Below, one piece after another: positions 47,565 through 57,700 of a DNA stretch of 58,410 nt; position 1 is the first letter of the stretch; the number at the start of each line of letters is the position of its first letter. A model generated the notes under the pieces. The model saw only the letters and a program-made list of their open reading frames with translations. It was not told where the DNA came from and did no database searches. The stretch covers positions 1 through 58,410 of the forward strand of contig JBAYZI010000002.1 of assembly GCA_041672585.1 (NCBI GenBank), written 5' to 3'. The translations under genes and the position numbers were made by a program. This DNA comes from Candidatus Cloacimonadales bacterium. GTDB lineage: Bacteria; Cloacimonadota; Cloacimonadia; Cloacimonadales; JAFGVF01.

Positions 47565-47746
47565 ATTCTTAGTTGTTTTTAAAGATAATCATAACTTTAA
47601 ATTATGGCATTTTATAGCTGAAAGATATATCTGATTTTAAAAGAAATAGTTAAAGAGAAAAAATATCTTGACGGTTACTTACATTTTTTAAAAAATGTTA
47701 TCATTAAAATAGTATAAATATTATTTATATAGAATAAGGAGTTAAT

Positions 47747-48037
47747 ATGGTAAAGCTAAGATTGACTAGAATGGGTTCTAAGAATAATCCTTTCTACAGA
47801 ATCGTTGCGATTGATTCTCGTAAACAGAGAGATGGAGAGTATATTGAGAGTGTAGGTTACTACAATCCGGTGCCTGAAGTGGCTGATATAAAGGTTGATA
47901 CAGAAAAAGCTTTAAAATGGCTTAACGTCGGTGCACAACCTTCTGAAACTGTACGCTCTATTTTTAAAAAAGCAGGTATTTTAGAATTAAGACATGATGC
48001 TAAGAAAAAAGAGATCGCCGCAGCTAAACAAAGCTAA
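47747..48037 (+). CDS. rpsP: 30S ribosomal protein S16
   Basis: [30 protein letters not shown] is a canonical S16 N terminus. An AAGGAG RBS is present. Confidence 0.95.
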   Translation: MVKLRLTRMGSKNNPFYRIVAIDSRKQRDGEYIESVGYYNPVPEVADIKVDTEKALKWLNVGAQPSETVRSIFKKAGILELRHDAKKKEIAAAKQS

Positions 48038-48054
48038 GGCACTTAGGAGTAAGA

Positions 48055-48285
48055 ATGAAAGATTTAATAGAGTTCGTAGTTAAAGCTCTTGTGGATGATC
48101 CCAGTGAAGTTAAAATCACTGAGATTAATGGTGATAAAATCACCCTTTTTGAACTTAGAGTATCTAAAGATGATATCGGAAAAGTTATTGGCAAGAAAGG
48201 AAAAACTGCCGGTGCAATTCGTACTATTCTTAATGCTGTAAGTACTAAACAAGGAAAAAGAGCAGAACTCGAAATTATCGAATAA
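48055..48285 (+). CDS. KH-domain RNA-binding protein (YlqC/UPF0109 family)
   Basis: 76 aa with the GKVIGKKGKTAGAIRTIL KH GxxG motif. It occupies the conserved position between rpsP and rimM. Confidence 0.85.
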   Translation: MKDLIEFVVKALVDDPSEVKITEINGDKITLFELRVSKDDIGKVIGKKGKTAGAIRTILNAVSTKQGKRAELEIIE

Positions 48286-48290
48286 AGTAG

Positions 48291-48809
48291 ATGATTAAAA
48301 AAGAATTTATTATAATTGGCAGATTGGGGAATCTTACAAATGATGACGAGGATTTCCAATTCCTTCCTAATGAAAATTTTCCATCTGCAGCCTTTACAAA
48401 AGTTGAAAAACTTTACTTGATCTTTACAGAACATAGAGTGTTTTTTGTGGAAGTTAAAAAATTTTCCAAGCAAAATTCTAAATACTGGATTTCTTTCCAA
48501 GATGACGGTGTAAAAGAAGAGTTTGATGTTAGAAAGTCTGCTAAGCTGGCTATTCCCAAAAATAGTTATCACGCTGTTGAACAGGGTGATGAATTTGTAG
48601 ATATTACTAATTTCAAAGCTTATGAAGATGATCTATTCTTAGGAAATATAATAGACTTTATTTATACTCCGGGACATAGAATAATAGTGATTGTTGATGA
48701 TAACGACAAAGAGCTACTTATTCCGGAGGTTGATTATTACTTGCTTGAATCTGATCAAGATAAGAAAGTTGCTTATTTTCAAAACACAAAGAGCTTGAGA
48801 GAGTTATGA
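48291..48809 (+). CDS. rimM: 16S rRNA processing protein RimM
   Basis: 172 aa with the N-terminal IIGRLG block and a PRC-barrel-like C terminus (LGNIIDFIYTPGHRIIVI...ELLIPEV). It shows rpsP-rimM-trmD synteny. Confidence 0.75.
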   Translation: MIKKEFIIIGRLGNLTNDDEDFQFLPNENFPSAAFTKVEKLYLIFTEHRVFFVEVKKFSKQNSKYWISFQDDGVKEEFDVRKSAKLAIPKNSYHAVEQGDEFVDITNFKAYEDDLFLGNIIDFIYTPGHRIIVIVDDNDKELLIPEVDYYLLESDQDKKVAYFQNTKSLREL

Positions 48810-49480
48810 TAATTGATGTTGTTTCTCTCTTTCCCGGAATGTTTGAGAATGTGCTTTCAACAAGTATTATTGCTAAAGCCCTGACTAAAAAGGCATTGCT
48901 AATAAACTTAATTGATCTCAGAGACTTTGCCTTCAACAAGAACAGGCAAGTCGATGATTACCCATATGGAGGTGATTCAGGAATGATAATAAAACCTGAG
49001 CCTCTTTTTGAAGTGAGTGATTTTCTGAACTGGAAGGACATTCCTGTGATTTATTTTACACCACAGGGAAGAGTTCTTAATCAAAATATTATAAAAGAGT
49101 ATCTTGATAAACCAAGAATTGCTATTATTTGTGGTCATTATAAAGAGTTAGATCAGAGAGTCAGAGATAATATTGTTACTGATGAAATATCAATCGGCGA
49201 TTACATCCTTTCGGGTGGAGAATTACCGGCAATGGTTTTCATTGATGCTTTAGCTCGACTTCAAGATGGAGTGATTAATGATATCACTTCAGCCTTGCAA
49301 GATTCATTTGAAGACGGGTTGTTAGGTGTACCACAATATACCAGACCTGCCGAGTATCGCGGATTTAAAGTACCCGAAGTGCTGTTGCAAGGTAACCTCA
49401 AAGAGATAAATAAATGGCAAGAAAATCAATCTTATCAACTTACCAAGAAAATGAGACCGGACTTACTTGATGAAGAATAA
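48806..49480 (+). CDS. trmD: tRNA (guanine37-N1)-methyltransferase
   Basis: 224 aa with FPGMFE, DDYPYGGDSGM, IICGHYKELDQR and SIGDYILSGGELPAM, which are conserved TrmD blocks. Confidence 0.95.
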   Translation: MIIDVVSLFPGMFENVLSTSIIAKALTKKALLINLIDLRDFAFNKNRQVDDYPYGGDSGMIIKPEPLFEVSDFLNWKDIPVIYFTPQGRVLNQNIIKEYLDKPRIAIICGHYKELDQRVRDNIVTDEISIGDYILSGGELPAMVFIDALARLQDGVINDITSALQDSFEDGLLGVPQYTRPAEYRGFKVPEVLLQGNLKEINKWQENQSYQLTKKMRPDLLDEE

Positions 49481-50030
49481 CCTCTATTTAGGATTAGTAC
49501 ACTATCCTGTTTATAATAAATTTGGTGAGGCAGTACAAACCTCAATTACCAATTTAGACTTACATGATATTGCGAGAAGTTGCTTAACATTTGGCATAAA
49601 AAAGTACTATGTCATTCACCCGTTAGATTCTATGAAAGAAATCGTTACACGAATCATGGGATTTTGGGAGAGTGATATAGCCAAGATATATAACAAAGAT
49701 AGGGTTGAAGCTCTTAATATTTTAGAGCACTCCTATTCAATAGATGAAACTATAAAATCAATAGTAAACCAGGAACAAGTTGCTCCTATAGTAATAACTA
49801 CTACTGCTAAGAGATTTGAAGAAAGCTTGGCTTTTTCTGAACTCTCTTCAACTATTCCTGCAGATCGTCCTATACTATTACTTTTTGGTACAGGAAACGG
49901 ACTGCATGAAGGGGTAATTAAAGCTTCTGACTATGTGTTAGAACCCATATTGGGTTCATATAAATATAACCATTTATCAGTTAGAAGTGCAGTAGCAATT
50001 ATTCTGGATAGACTTAATTCCGAGGAATAA
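49467..50030 (+). CDS. Predicted SPOUT-type RNA methyltransferase-like protein (Methyltrn_RNA_4-like)
   Basis: 187 aa. It reads [14 protein letters not shown]...[10 protein letters not shown], with a C-terminal LLFGTGNGL...[15 protein letters not shown] typical of a trefoil-knot SAM site. It is inserted between trmD and rplS. Confidence 0.5.
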   Translation: MMKNNLYLGLVHYPVYNKFGEAVQTSITNLDLHDIARSCLTFGIKKYYVIHPLDSMKEIVTRIMGFWESDIAKIYNKDRVEALNILEHSYSIDETIKSIVNQEQVAPIVITTTAKRFEESLAFSELSSTIPADRPILLLFGTGNGLHEGVIKASDYVLEPILGSYKYNHLSVRSAVAIILDRLNSEE

Positions 50031-50041
50031 AGGGAGGAATA

Positions 50042-50395
50042 ATGGATATTATTCAAATTATAACTAAAGAACAGGTGAGAACAGATTTACCGGAATTCAG
50101 AGTTGGTGATACAGTACAAGTTCACTATAAAATTAAAGAAGGGGCTAAGGAAAGAATTCAAGTCTTCCAAGGCATAGTACTTCAAATTAAAGGTGTGGGA
50201 GTTTCTAAAACATTTACCGTTAGAAAAGTTAGTAACGGTGTTGGTGTTGAAAGAATTTTCCCGCTTAACACTCCGCTTATTGCAAAACTTGAAGTTGTGC
50301 GTTACGGACATGTTAGAAGAGCTAAGCTATATTACCTTAGAACTGCTAAAGGTAAATCAGCAAGAATTAAAGAAAAAAGAAGAGTTAGTAAATAA
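50042..50395 (+). CDS. rplS: 50S ribosomal protein L19
   Basis: 117 aa with [28 protein letters not shown] and [15 protein letters not shown], which are canonical L19 blocks. Confidence 0.95.
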   Translation: MDIIQIITKEQVRTDLPEFRVGDTVQVHYKIKEGAKERIQVFQGIVLQIKGVGVSKTFTVRKVSNGVGVERIFPLNTPLIAKLEVVRYGHVRRAKLYYLRTAKGKSARIKEKRRVSK

Positions 50396-50400
50396 AAAAT

Positions 50401-50424
50401 GGGGAGCTTCTGCTCCCTTTTTTT
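50401..50424 (+). terminator. Rho-independent terminator after rplS
   Basis: gggagc-ttct-gctccc is followed by ttttttt. Confidence 0.75.
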
Positions 50425-50443
50425 ATTCAATTAGGATAGACTT

Positions 50444-50818
50444 ATGATATTTGGTATAGGTAATGACATCATAGAAGTAGCAAGAGTGAAGAAAGCTCTA
50501 GAGAGAGATAATGGCTTTAGAGAGAAGATCTTTTCTCCACGTGAGATAGAACTATGTGAAAGTAAAAGTAATAAATATCAATCTTATGCTGCCAGATTTG
50601 CAGCGAAAGAAGCTTTCATGAAAGCTCTTAAAACAGGTTGGGCTGAAGGAATCACCTGGAATGAAATAGAAGTGCTTAATTCAGAATCAGGTGCTCCCTA
50701 TTTAAATCTTCTTAATGAAACTCAGAAATTCATCGGCAAACATAATATTAAACATCTACACATTTCTTTAAGTCATCTAAAAGAGTATGCTATGGCAGAG
50801 GTAATTCTCGAAATTTGA
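50444..50818 (+). CDS. acpS: Holo-[acyl-carrier-protein] synthase
   Basis: 124 aa with GIGNDIIEVARV and FAAKEAFMKAL blocks. Confidence 0.9.
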   Translation: MIFGIGNDIIEVARVKKALERDNGFREKIFSPREIELCESKSNKYQSYAARFAAKEAFMKALKTGWAEGITWNEIEVLNSESGAPYLNLLNETQKFIGKHNIKHLHISLSHLKEYAMAEVILEI

Positions 50819-50867
50819 ACTACTTGTTCCCAAGGGGATTTATTAAAAGGTTGCTAAAATATCATCA

Positions 50868-50902
50868 ATCGATTGAACAATTAAACAAATCAACGATTCA
50901 AC
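50868..50902 (-). repeat. Inverted copy of the 37782-37824 element
   Basis: atcgattgaacaattaaacaaatcaacgattcaac is the reverse complement of the 37.8-kb element with 2 substitutions and one 8-mer deleted. Related words also occur at 44128-44160. Confidence 0.75.
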
Positions 50903-51018
50903 AATTCATTTAATTATTAAAATTTAGATATAACTTGACTATTTATAGATAGTTCAATTCAAATGTTTATTAGATTAATTTATTATATAAAAAATAAATA
51001 AATGAGGTATAGATTATT

Positions 51019-51663
51019 ATGAATATTGTATTATTCGGTATTCAGGGAAGCGGTAAAGGCACACAAGCCATGATGCTTTCGGAGAAATTAGCATTGAAGC
51101 ATATAAACCTTGGTGAATTATTTCGCCAAGAGATTAAAGCTGAAACCGAGATCGGTAAGATTGCTAAAGTTTATATTGACAAAGGTAATTTCGTGCCTGA
51201 TGAGTATGTCTATCACATGGTTGATAATTATGTGGGATTGGGCAGAAAAGGTTTAATCTTTGATGGATTTCCACGCAATGAGAATCAAGCAGATTATTTA
51301 GTGAAGCATTACGATATTGATTTTGTTATCTATTTAGATCTTACTGATGAGACAGCCAAGAAAAGAATTTCGGCACGGGCGAGATGTAAGGATTGCCATA
51401 AAGACTACAATCTTTTAACTACAGCACCGTTGAAATCCGGCGTGTGTGATGATTGTGGTGGAGTAGTAGCTTCTCGAGATGATGATAAACCCGGAGCTAT
51501 TGATCAGAGATTGGCAAGATTTCATCAAGAAACAAAAGCTCTGATTAATTATTTTGAAGAACAAAATCTATTATATATAATTGATGCAGACGAGGATGTT
51601 GAAGTTGTTAATGAGAAAATCTTAGTAGCAATTGAAAAGAATGGAAAAAGAATCCTCAAATAG
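51019..51663 (+). CDS. adk: Adenylate kinase (zinc-lid type)
   Basis: It has the P-loop GIQGSGKGTQA, the GNFVPDE block and the four-Cys lid CKDC...CDDC. Confidence 0.95.
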   Translation: MNIVLFGIQGSGKGTQAMMLSEKLALKHINLGELFRQEIKAETEIGKIAKVYIDKGNFVPDEYVYHMVDNYVGLGRKGLIFDGFPRNENQADYLVKHYDIDFVIYLDLTDETAKKRISARARCKDCHKDYNLLTTAPLKSGVCDDCGGVVASRDDDKPGAIDQRLARFHQETKALINYFEEQNLLYIIDADEDVEVVNEKILVAIEKNGKRILK

Positions 51664-53335
51664 ATTATTAGACTTTTTAAATAGTGCTATCAATGCCTTA
51701 GCAATAATGAATTTGATAGTACTATTTGTCTCTCCTTATTTACAAAAGGGAGTAGATCCAAGCCTGGCGCTAATTATATATTCAGGCTTAAACATACTTT
51801 CTTACTTGACGATAAGTATTGCTGATTTACTCATCAAGGGCTTTAAGGACTTCAAGTTACCTAAGCTATTGCCTTTTGCTGTTATTGCGTTTGGTATTTA
51901 TTTACTGTTCAAGAGTCCTGAGTATTTTCTCATCTTTATTACCCTTAAGCAGTTTGTAATTCTCTTCAAGAAGTTCCTGCTCTATGCTTTTGAAGGTCAG
52001 TTGTGGCATTTTATTATTAATAATCCGGCTATCTCATTAATGAGTAGCTTTCTATTGGTAATTACCGTAGGCGCTTTTTTATTAATGTTGCCAATTTCCA
52101 CAACTACCAATCAGCCCATGAATTTTATTGATGCCATCTTTACTTCAACTTCTGCAACCTGTGTTACGGGATTAATAGTCGAAGATACGGGGAGCTACTT
52201 CACCCATTTCGGGCAAATTATTATTATTCTGCTTATTCAAATCGGTGGCTTAGGATTAATGACCATCTCTACAGCTTTTGCCCTAATATTTGGTCAGAGA
52301 CTTACTGCTAAAATGGAGTCGGTAATGCAAGATGTGATGGGTGAATCAAACCGCCTGAACCTCTTTCAATTGTTAAAGTACGTTATGGGAATAACCATAT
52401 TATTTGAATTTGTCGGAGCCGTTTTCTTGTTTTTCACTTTCAAGAATTTATATTCCAACGTCTATAAAGCCATCTATTATTCAATATTTCACTCAGTTTC
52501 TGCATTCTGTAATGCTGGATTTTCCCTCTTTTCCAACAACCTTGAACCCTTCGCCAACAACATAAATGTCAATCTTGTTGTCTCATTCTTAATTATCTTT
52601 GGAGGCTTAGGATTTGTTGTTATTATGGACATCAAGAAGAATCTTTTTCGCAAGGGTGGAATCAAAAAGTTAAGCCTTCATTCTAAGGTTGTGATAGCCT
52701 CTACAACGCTTTTGATAGTTTTCGGTTTAATAGGATTCTTCATTTCAGAATATAATAATACAATGGATGGACTAAGTTTTGGTAAGAGATTTTTAGCATC
52801 CTACTTCCAGTCAGTTACGTGCAGAACAGCCGGATTTAATACAATAAGTCAAACAAACTTATCATACAGCTCTATCTTATTATCTGTAATCTTGATGTTT
52901 ATCGGCGCCTCTCCAGGATCTACCGGTGGCGGTATCAAGACAACCACTTTTGCCATCATGGTTCTATCGATAGGCTCAATCTTGACTGGCAAGAAAAATG
53001 TCTCTGCTTATAAGAGAAAAATATCTATGGACAGTATTAAGGAAGCAGTAGGCTTAATCGGAATCTCTTTAGGTTTCTTGATGCTACTGTTATTTGCTCT
53101 TTTTGTTGTTACTGATGGCACTTTTCAAGAAATCACTTTTGAAGCATTCTCTGCGTTTGGAACAGTCGGACTCTCCATGGGTTTCACGAGCAGTCTAAAT
53201 ATTGCAGGGAAAATAATTATAATATTGCTAATGTATCTTGGTAGAATTGGACCTTTAACCATTCTTTATGCATTAGCACAACGGGTTGTTAAGAAAAGAG
53301 TTAATTACTTAGAAGAAAACATCTCAATAGGATAA
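51632..53335 (+). CDS. TrkH/KtrB family potassium uptake membrane subunit with ~125-aa N-terminal hydrophobic extension
   Basis: 567 aa with the selectivity-filter-like repeats TSATCVTGL, QIGGLGL, CNAGFS, RTAGFN and STGGGIKT. The start is uncertain (51632 or 51641) and overlaps the adk end. Confidence 0.85.
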   Translation: MKRMEKESSNRLLDFLNSAINALAIMNLIVLFVSPYLQKGVDPSLALIIYSGLNILSYLTISIADLLIKGFKDFKLPKLLPFAVIAFGIYLLFKSPEYFLIFITLKQFVILFKKFLLYAFEGQLWHFIINNPAISLMSSFLLVITVGAFLLMLPISTTTNQPMNFIDAIFTSTSATCVTGLIVEDTGSYFTHFGQIIIILLIQIGGLGLMTISTAFALIFGQRLTAKMESVMQDVMGESNRLNLFQLLKYVMGITILFEFVGAVFLFFTFKNLYSNVYKAIYYSIFHSVSAFCNAGFSLFSNNLEPFANNINVNLVVSFLIIFGGLGFVVIMDIKKNLFRKGGIKKLSLHSKVVIASTTLLIVFGLIGFFISEYNNTMDGLSFGKRFLASYFQSVTCRTAGFNTISQTNLSYSSILLSVILMFIGASPGSTGGGIKTTTFAIMVLSIGSILTGKKNVSAYKRKISMDSIKEAVGLIGISLGFLMLLLFALFVVTDGTFQEITFEAFSAFGTVGLSMGFTSSLNIAGKIIIILLMYLGRIGPLTILYALAQRVVKKRVNYLEENISIG

Positions 53336-53338
53336 AAT

Positions 53339-54040
53339 ATGGCACGATTTGTTATTATCGGAATGGGTAAATTTGGCGTAGCAGTAGCGACAACTCTAAT
53401 TTCTCACGAAGCAGAGGTTATAGGCATTGATAAGGATGAGGTTATTCTTAAAGAAATAAAAGATAAACTAACCGCAGCTTTATGTTTTGATGCTACAGAT
53501 GAAATAGCTCTGAAACAATCAGGTATTGAAGATGCTGATGCTGTTATCGTAGCTATCGGAAATAATATTCAAGCCAATATTATGACCTGTGCTTTACTTA
53601 AGAAGATAGGTATAGGCAAGATATATGCTAAGGTTGAAGATAATCTGCATAGAAGAATATTAATCTCTTTGGGAATTGATGATATTTATTTCCCGGAAGA
53701 AATTGTAGGACAGAATCTGGCTAAGCATCTTATTTTAGAAGAGATAGATCAGATTGTTGAATTATCTTCAGGACACTTCTTAGCTGAATTAGTAATTCCT
53801 AATGATTTTATCGGCAAGAAGCTTCAAGATTTGGATTTGCTGAAAAAATATGGACTTAACATTGTTACAATTAAAACCAAGGTTCTAAAGATCACGGAAG
53901 AAGGGGATAAGACAATTGAAGAGAAGATTAACTCTCTCCCCGGTGCTAATGATGTGCTAAATGAAGGTGATAGAATAATTCTCCTTGGCTTAAGATATAA
54001 TATTGATAAATTAATCAGCGATATAAAAAAGAAAGGTTAG
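53339..54040 (+). CDS. TrkA/KtrA potassium uptake regulatory subunit (RCK N and C domains)
   Basis: 233 aa with the Rossmann motif IIGMGKFGVAVA and a C-terminal TrkA_C-like region. Confidence 0.85.
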   Translation: MARFVIIGMGKFGVAVATTLISHEAEVIGIDKDEVILKEIKDKLTAALCFDATDEIALKQSGIEDADAVIVAIGNNIQANIMTCALLKKIGIGKIYAKVEDNLHRRILISLGIDDIYFPEEIVGQNLAKHLILEEIDQIVELSSGHFLAELVIPNDFIGKKLQDLDLLKKYGLNIVTIKTKVLKITEEGDKTIEEKINSLPGANDVLNEGDRIILLGLRYNIDKLISDIKKKG

Positions 54041-54042
54041 GT

Positions 54043-54837
54043 ATGCGACATAAATCATTTTATCGGGGTAGTAATATATCCTTACTACTTATTTTAGTTA
54101 TCTATATTTTGCAAGTTATCAGCCTGCTTTACCAATTTAGCAGTGGTAATCCCGTAGAGCAAATCATCAATGATTCGAAGAATATCCTTTTCAGTTTTCT
54201 GATTCTTTTTGTTATTTACTACATCTCTATAATGATTTACCATCCACTTAAAATGAGAAAATCAGTTAAACAAATAAAACATGTACTTGATGAATTTAGA
54301 AAAGGAAATTATGAATACGATTTAGATAATTTATATGAAAATATCGAAAAAGAGTTTATTCCTTTGGTAGATGCACTTAAAAGAATGTTGGCTAATATTA
54401 TTCAATTTGATAAACTAAAAGAGGCGAAGATCTTTTCTCATCACAGCAAATTAAAGGGGCTTACTGCTTTAACAAGTGATGGGGCTATGATTATTGAAAA
54501 GTCAGGCGAGATTCTCTATATAAATGAAGTGATGGTTTACAACTTTGGACATTTAGAATTAGATGAAGATACAAACTTCCTAGATACCTATTTCCCCGAT
54601 TCTTTTGAGAAAACTATTAAGAAATATGTAAAAGATGTCCTGATAAGCGGTGTTAAGAAAGAACCTTGCAGACTTCTTATCCAAGATATAGAAAAACAGG
54701 TAACTATTAAATCAGCTGTTTTTAAAAGTAGGGGTGGAGATTTCCTCGGAGGTATTTTCCTGATAACGGATCTCAAAGCTATTAATAAAAAAGAGAATGA
54801 AGAGCTAACGAATAAAGTTATTAAAAAGGTAGAATAG
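54043..54837 (+). CDS. Hypothetical membrane protein with HAMP-like linker and PAS-like module, no output domain
   Basis: 264 aa with two N-terminal TM helices. These are followed by a HAMP-like amphipathic segment (VKQIKHVLDEFRKGNYEYDL) and a PAS-sized C-terminal region. Confidence 0.45.
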   Translation: MRHKSFYRGSNISLLLILVIYILQVISLLYQFSSGNPVEQIINDSKNILFSFLILFVIYYISIMIYHPLKMRKSVKQIKHVLDEFRKGNYEYDLDNLYENIEKEFIPLVDALKRMLANIIQFDKLKEAKIFSHHSKLKGLTALTSDGAMIIEKSGEILYINEVMVYNFGHLELDEDTNFLDTYFPDSFEKTIKKYVKDVLISGVKKEPCRLLIQDIEKQVTIKSAVFKSRGGDFLGGIFLITDLKAINKKENEELTNKVIKKVE

Positions 54838-55826
54838 TGGGCAATATTATTCTTAATTTAACGTTTAAAGGTCTAGAGAGTATGAGGATAGATAAATATC
54901 TGGCAACTGTTAATTGTGAAGAACTCTATTCTCGTTCCTTAATTGAGAAAATAATAAACAGAAACGAAGTCAAAGTTAATGGCATGGTAGTGAAGAAGAA
55001 TTACCTGCTAGTGCTTAATGATTTAATTGAAATAGAGTTTCAAGAAGATAAACTAAAAGAAGCTGAGCCTGAAAATATCCCGCTTAATATTGTCTATGAA
55101 GATGAAGACTTGGCTGTTATTAATAAACCGGAAGGACTAGTTGTTCATCCCGGGCATGGAAACCTTACCGGCACTCTCGTGAATGGTTTAGTAAATCATT
55201 TTGGCGACAATCTTTCTAATGAAAGAGGGGTAGCCAGACAGGGAATCGTGCATAGAATAGATAAAGGAACTTCAGGGCTGTTGATTATAGCTAAGAATAA
55301 CCTAGTTCATGCACGCTTAGAAGAGATGTTTCGCAACAGAGAAATTAAGAAGATTTATAAAGCTATTTTGGTAGGATATCCCGAAACTGATTCCGGTACT
55401 ATCCAAACTTTTCTTAGGAGAAGCAAAAGTAATCCTCTCAAGATTGTCGTGAGTAATACAGGCAGAGATTCGATTACTCACTATGAAGTTGAGAAGTATT
55501 TTAAATATTTCTCCTTGGTTAATGCTGACCTAGAAACAGGTAGAACTCATCAAATTAGAGTCCACTTCGCTAACCAAAATAATCCTGTCTTAGGCGACAG
55601 ATTATATAGCAGCGTTAATGATGTGGCTACTCGAATTCCCTCAAACTATAAAAAGAGATTAATTAATCTCTACGATAATGTGTTGATAAATCAAGCCTTA
55701 CACGCTTATAAAATAGAATTTATGCACCCTATTACTAAGAAACTCATCACTGTGAAATCTGACCTACCCGACTATTTTAGAAAAGCCTTGGCTTGGTTAG
55801 AAACAAATTTCTCAATTGATGATTAA
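54837..55826 (+). CDS. rluD: 23S rRNA pseudouridine synthase, RluD family
   Basis: It has an S4 domain (MRIDKYLA...), the catalytic [11 protein letters not shown] block and GRTHQIRVH. The track start is a GTG at 54837; the ATG at 54882 (MRIDKYLA) is an equally plausible start. Confidence 0.9.
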   Translation: MGNIILNLTFKGLESMRIDKYLATVNCEELYSRSLIEKIINRNEVKVNGMVVKKNYLLVLNDLIEIEFQEDKLKEAEPENIPLNIVYEDEDLAVINKPEGLVVHPGHGNLTGTLVNGLVNHFGDNLSNERGVARQGIVHRIDKGTSGLLIIAKNNLVHARLEEMFRNREIKKIYKAILVGYPETDSGTIQTFLRRSKSNPLKIVVSNTGRDSITHYEVEKYFKYFSLVNADLETGRTHQIRVHFANQNNPVLGDRLYSSVNDVATRIPSNYKKRLINLYDNVLINQALHAYKIEFMHPITKKLITVKSDLPDYFRKALAWLETNFSIDD

Positions 55827-57045
55827 CGGAGGAACTATGTCGTACAAATTTGCAACTATTAAAGAAGCAATTGCTGATGTTTCACAAGGAAAAATGATTA
55901 TTGTTGTTGATGATGAAGATCGCGAAAATGAAGGTGATCTTATCTGTGCTGCCGAGTTGATTACTCCCGAAGCTATTAATTTTATGATTACTAATGCTAA
56001 AGGATTAGTATGTGCTCCCATGACTAAAGAAGCTTCCCAAAGACTCGCGATCCCTCTAATGACAGAACATAATACAGATAAGATGGGAACTAAATTCACT
56101 ATTTCTGTTGATGGTGCAAGAGATACCACTACAGGAATCTCGGCACAAGATAGAACAAATACTATTCGCTCGCTTGTTAATCCGAATTCTACTAGCAATG
56201 ATTTTGTCAGACCCGGACATATTTTTCCTTTAATAGCTGAAACTGGCGGTGTCTTGGTTCGTGCCGGGCACACCGAAGCTGCTGTTGATTTAGCAAAATT
56301 AGCAAATCTCAAACCTATGGGAGTGATTTGCGAGATAATTAATGAAGATGGCTCCATGGCAAGGTTAAATGATTTAATGATTTATGCGGAAAAGTATAAT
56401 CTCAAAATAATAACTATTGCTGACCTGATTAAATACAGAAAAGCGACTGAAGAGCTTGTTAATTTAATCTCTAAAGCTAAGCTTCCCACACATTATGGCG
56501 ATTTTGATATCTATATCTTCGAAAGTAAAATCTCGCAAGAACAACATATTGCTCTAGTTAGAGGTGATATCGGAGATGGCAAAGATATTCTTGTGCGTGT
56601 CCATTCAGAATGCCTTACCGGCGATGCTCTCTTCTCAAGTCGCTGCGATTGTGGTCAGCAATTAGAATATGCTTTCCAGAAAGTAGCCGATGAAGGCCGC
56701 GGAATTATTCTCTATATGAATCAAGAAGGACGCGGAATTGGTATTGCTAACAAAATTAAAGCTTACCACTTGCAAGACCACGGAAGAGATACTGTAGAAG
56801 CTAATCTTGAGCTTGGTTTCCCTGAAGATTTAAGAGAATATGGAATTGGGGCTCAGATGCTCGCTTACTTAGGTGTGAAAGAGATGAGGCTTCTAACCAA
56901 TAACCCTAAAAAAGTTGTAGGGTTAAGTGGGTATGGACTTAATATCACCGAACGTGTACCTATTGAAATCGAAGCTATTGAAGAAAACCGCTTCTATCTT
57001 AAAACAAAGAAAGAGAAAATGGGACATATTTTAGAGAAGCTCTAA
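55816..57045 (+). CDS. ribBA: Bifunctional 3,4-dihydroxy-2-butanone-4-phosphate synthase / GTP cyclohydrolase II
   Basis: 409 aa with [11 protein letters not shown] (RibB) and [11 protein letters not shown]...CDCG (RibA zinc site) blocks. Confidence 0.95.
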   Translation: MMINGGTMSYKFATIKEAIADVSQGKMIIVVDDEDRENEGDLICAAELITPEAINFMITNAKGLVCAPMTKEASQRLAIPLMTEHNTDKMGTKFTISVDGARDTTTGISAQDRTNTIRSLVNPNSTSNDFVRPGHIFPLIAETGGVLVRAGHTEAAVDLAKLANLKPMGVICEIINEDGSMARLNDLMIYAEKYNLKIITIADLIKYRKATEELVNLISKAKLPTHYGDFDIYIFESKISQEQHIALVRGDIGDGKDILVRVHSECLTGDALFSSRCDCGQQLEYAFQKVADEGRGIILYMNQEGRGIGIANKIKAYHLQDHGRDTVEANLELGFPEDLREYGIGAQMLAYLGVKEMRLLTNNPKKVVGLSGYGLNITERVPIEIEAIEENRFYLKTKKEKMGHILEKL

Positions 57046-57094
57046 GTAATTAATAATTAAGAATTAATAATGAATAATTGAAGAAAACATATAT

Positions 57095-57122
57095 AAGGGC
57101 GGAAATTTTCCGCCCTTCTTAA
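57095..57122 (+). terminator. Strong hairpin after ribBA (weak T-tract)
   Basis: aagggcggaaa-t-tttccgccctt forms an 11-bp stem. It is followed only by ctt before an A run, so intrinsic termination is uncertain. Confidence 0.45.
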
Positions 57123-57435
57123 AAAGAAGAGCTTTTACACGATTTTGCACGCATTAAGATGGCTTTCGACCTCTTCCACCGGGAACGCACTCATCCCTGA
57201 GTGCATCATTGCAAGAGCAATGAAAATCTTAATTCTTCCAGGATTTAGAAGCCTCAATCTTTTCCTTTATTTTTCACTTTTCATTTTACTTCCTTCTTAT
57301 CAGTCTTAATCTATCGAATTTATGTCATCTGTGTTCTATGTCTTTTCATTTCTTCTTCCCTCTTCAGTAGCTAAGAGGTTCATTTATCGCAAACTCATCA
57401 AGCTACAAGTGAGTGTGCAGATAAAGCACAGCTTA

Positions 57436-57480
57436 GTTTTACCAAAATCTCCATGCTGAAAACAACCTGCTCACTCAAAA
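57436..57480 (+). repeat. Solo copy of the 45-bp tail module of the 178-bp repeat
   Basis: ttttaccaaaatctccatgctgaaaacaacctgctcactcaaaaa matches the last ~45 bp of the copies ending at 57676 and 58091. Confidence 0.85.
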
Positions 57481-57498
57481 AAAAGTAGGGGAGTTCTT

Positions 57499-57676
57499 AA
57501 TCCCCAACGGGGATATATAATTTAGCCCGGTGGTCTCATTCTGCTTGCAGAATTGACCCCGGGTACAGGATACTCCCATCAACCAGTCTTAATCCGGCAG
57601 GAATAGGACAGTAGCCGGAAGCAATTCCCCGTTTTACCAAAACCTCCATGCTGAAAATAACCTGTTCACTCACAAA
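57499..57676 (+). repeat. Copy 1 of a 178-bp direct repeat upstream of the 16S rRNA gene
   Basis: It aligns end to end with 57914-58091 without indels and with roughly a dozen substitutions by eye. It contains the hairpins atccccAACggggat and cccggtggtctcattctgcTTgcagaattgaccccggg. Confidence 0.9.
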
Positions 57677-57700
57677 ATAAGCAGGGTGAGCTCTTTATTC

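Noticed and set aside
55700-55830. An FMN riboswitch upstream of ribBA.
   Set aside because: ribBA overlaps the end of rluD by 11 nt, so there is no leader in which a riboswitch could sit.
55812-56357. A 181-aa ORF antisense to ribBA. Other long antisense or overlapping ORFs are similar (48024-48572, 1454-1882, 9521-9976, 12750-13157, 41830-42192, 4364-4729).
   Set aside because: Each is fully embedded in a confidently identified gene on the other strand or frame. Their composition is low-complexity and they have no recognisable motifs.
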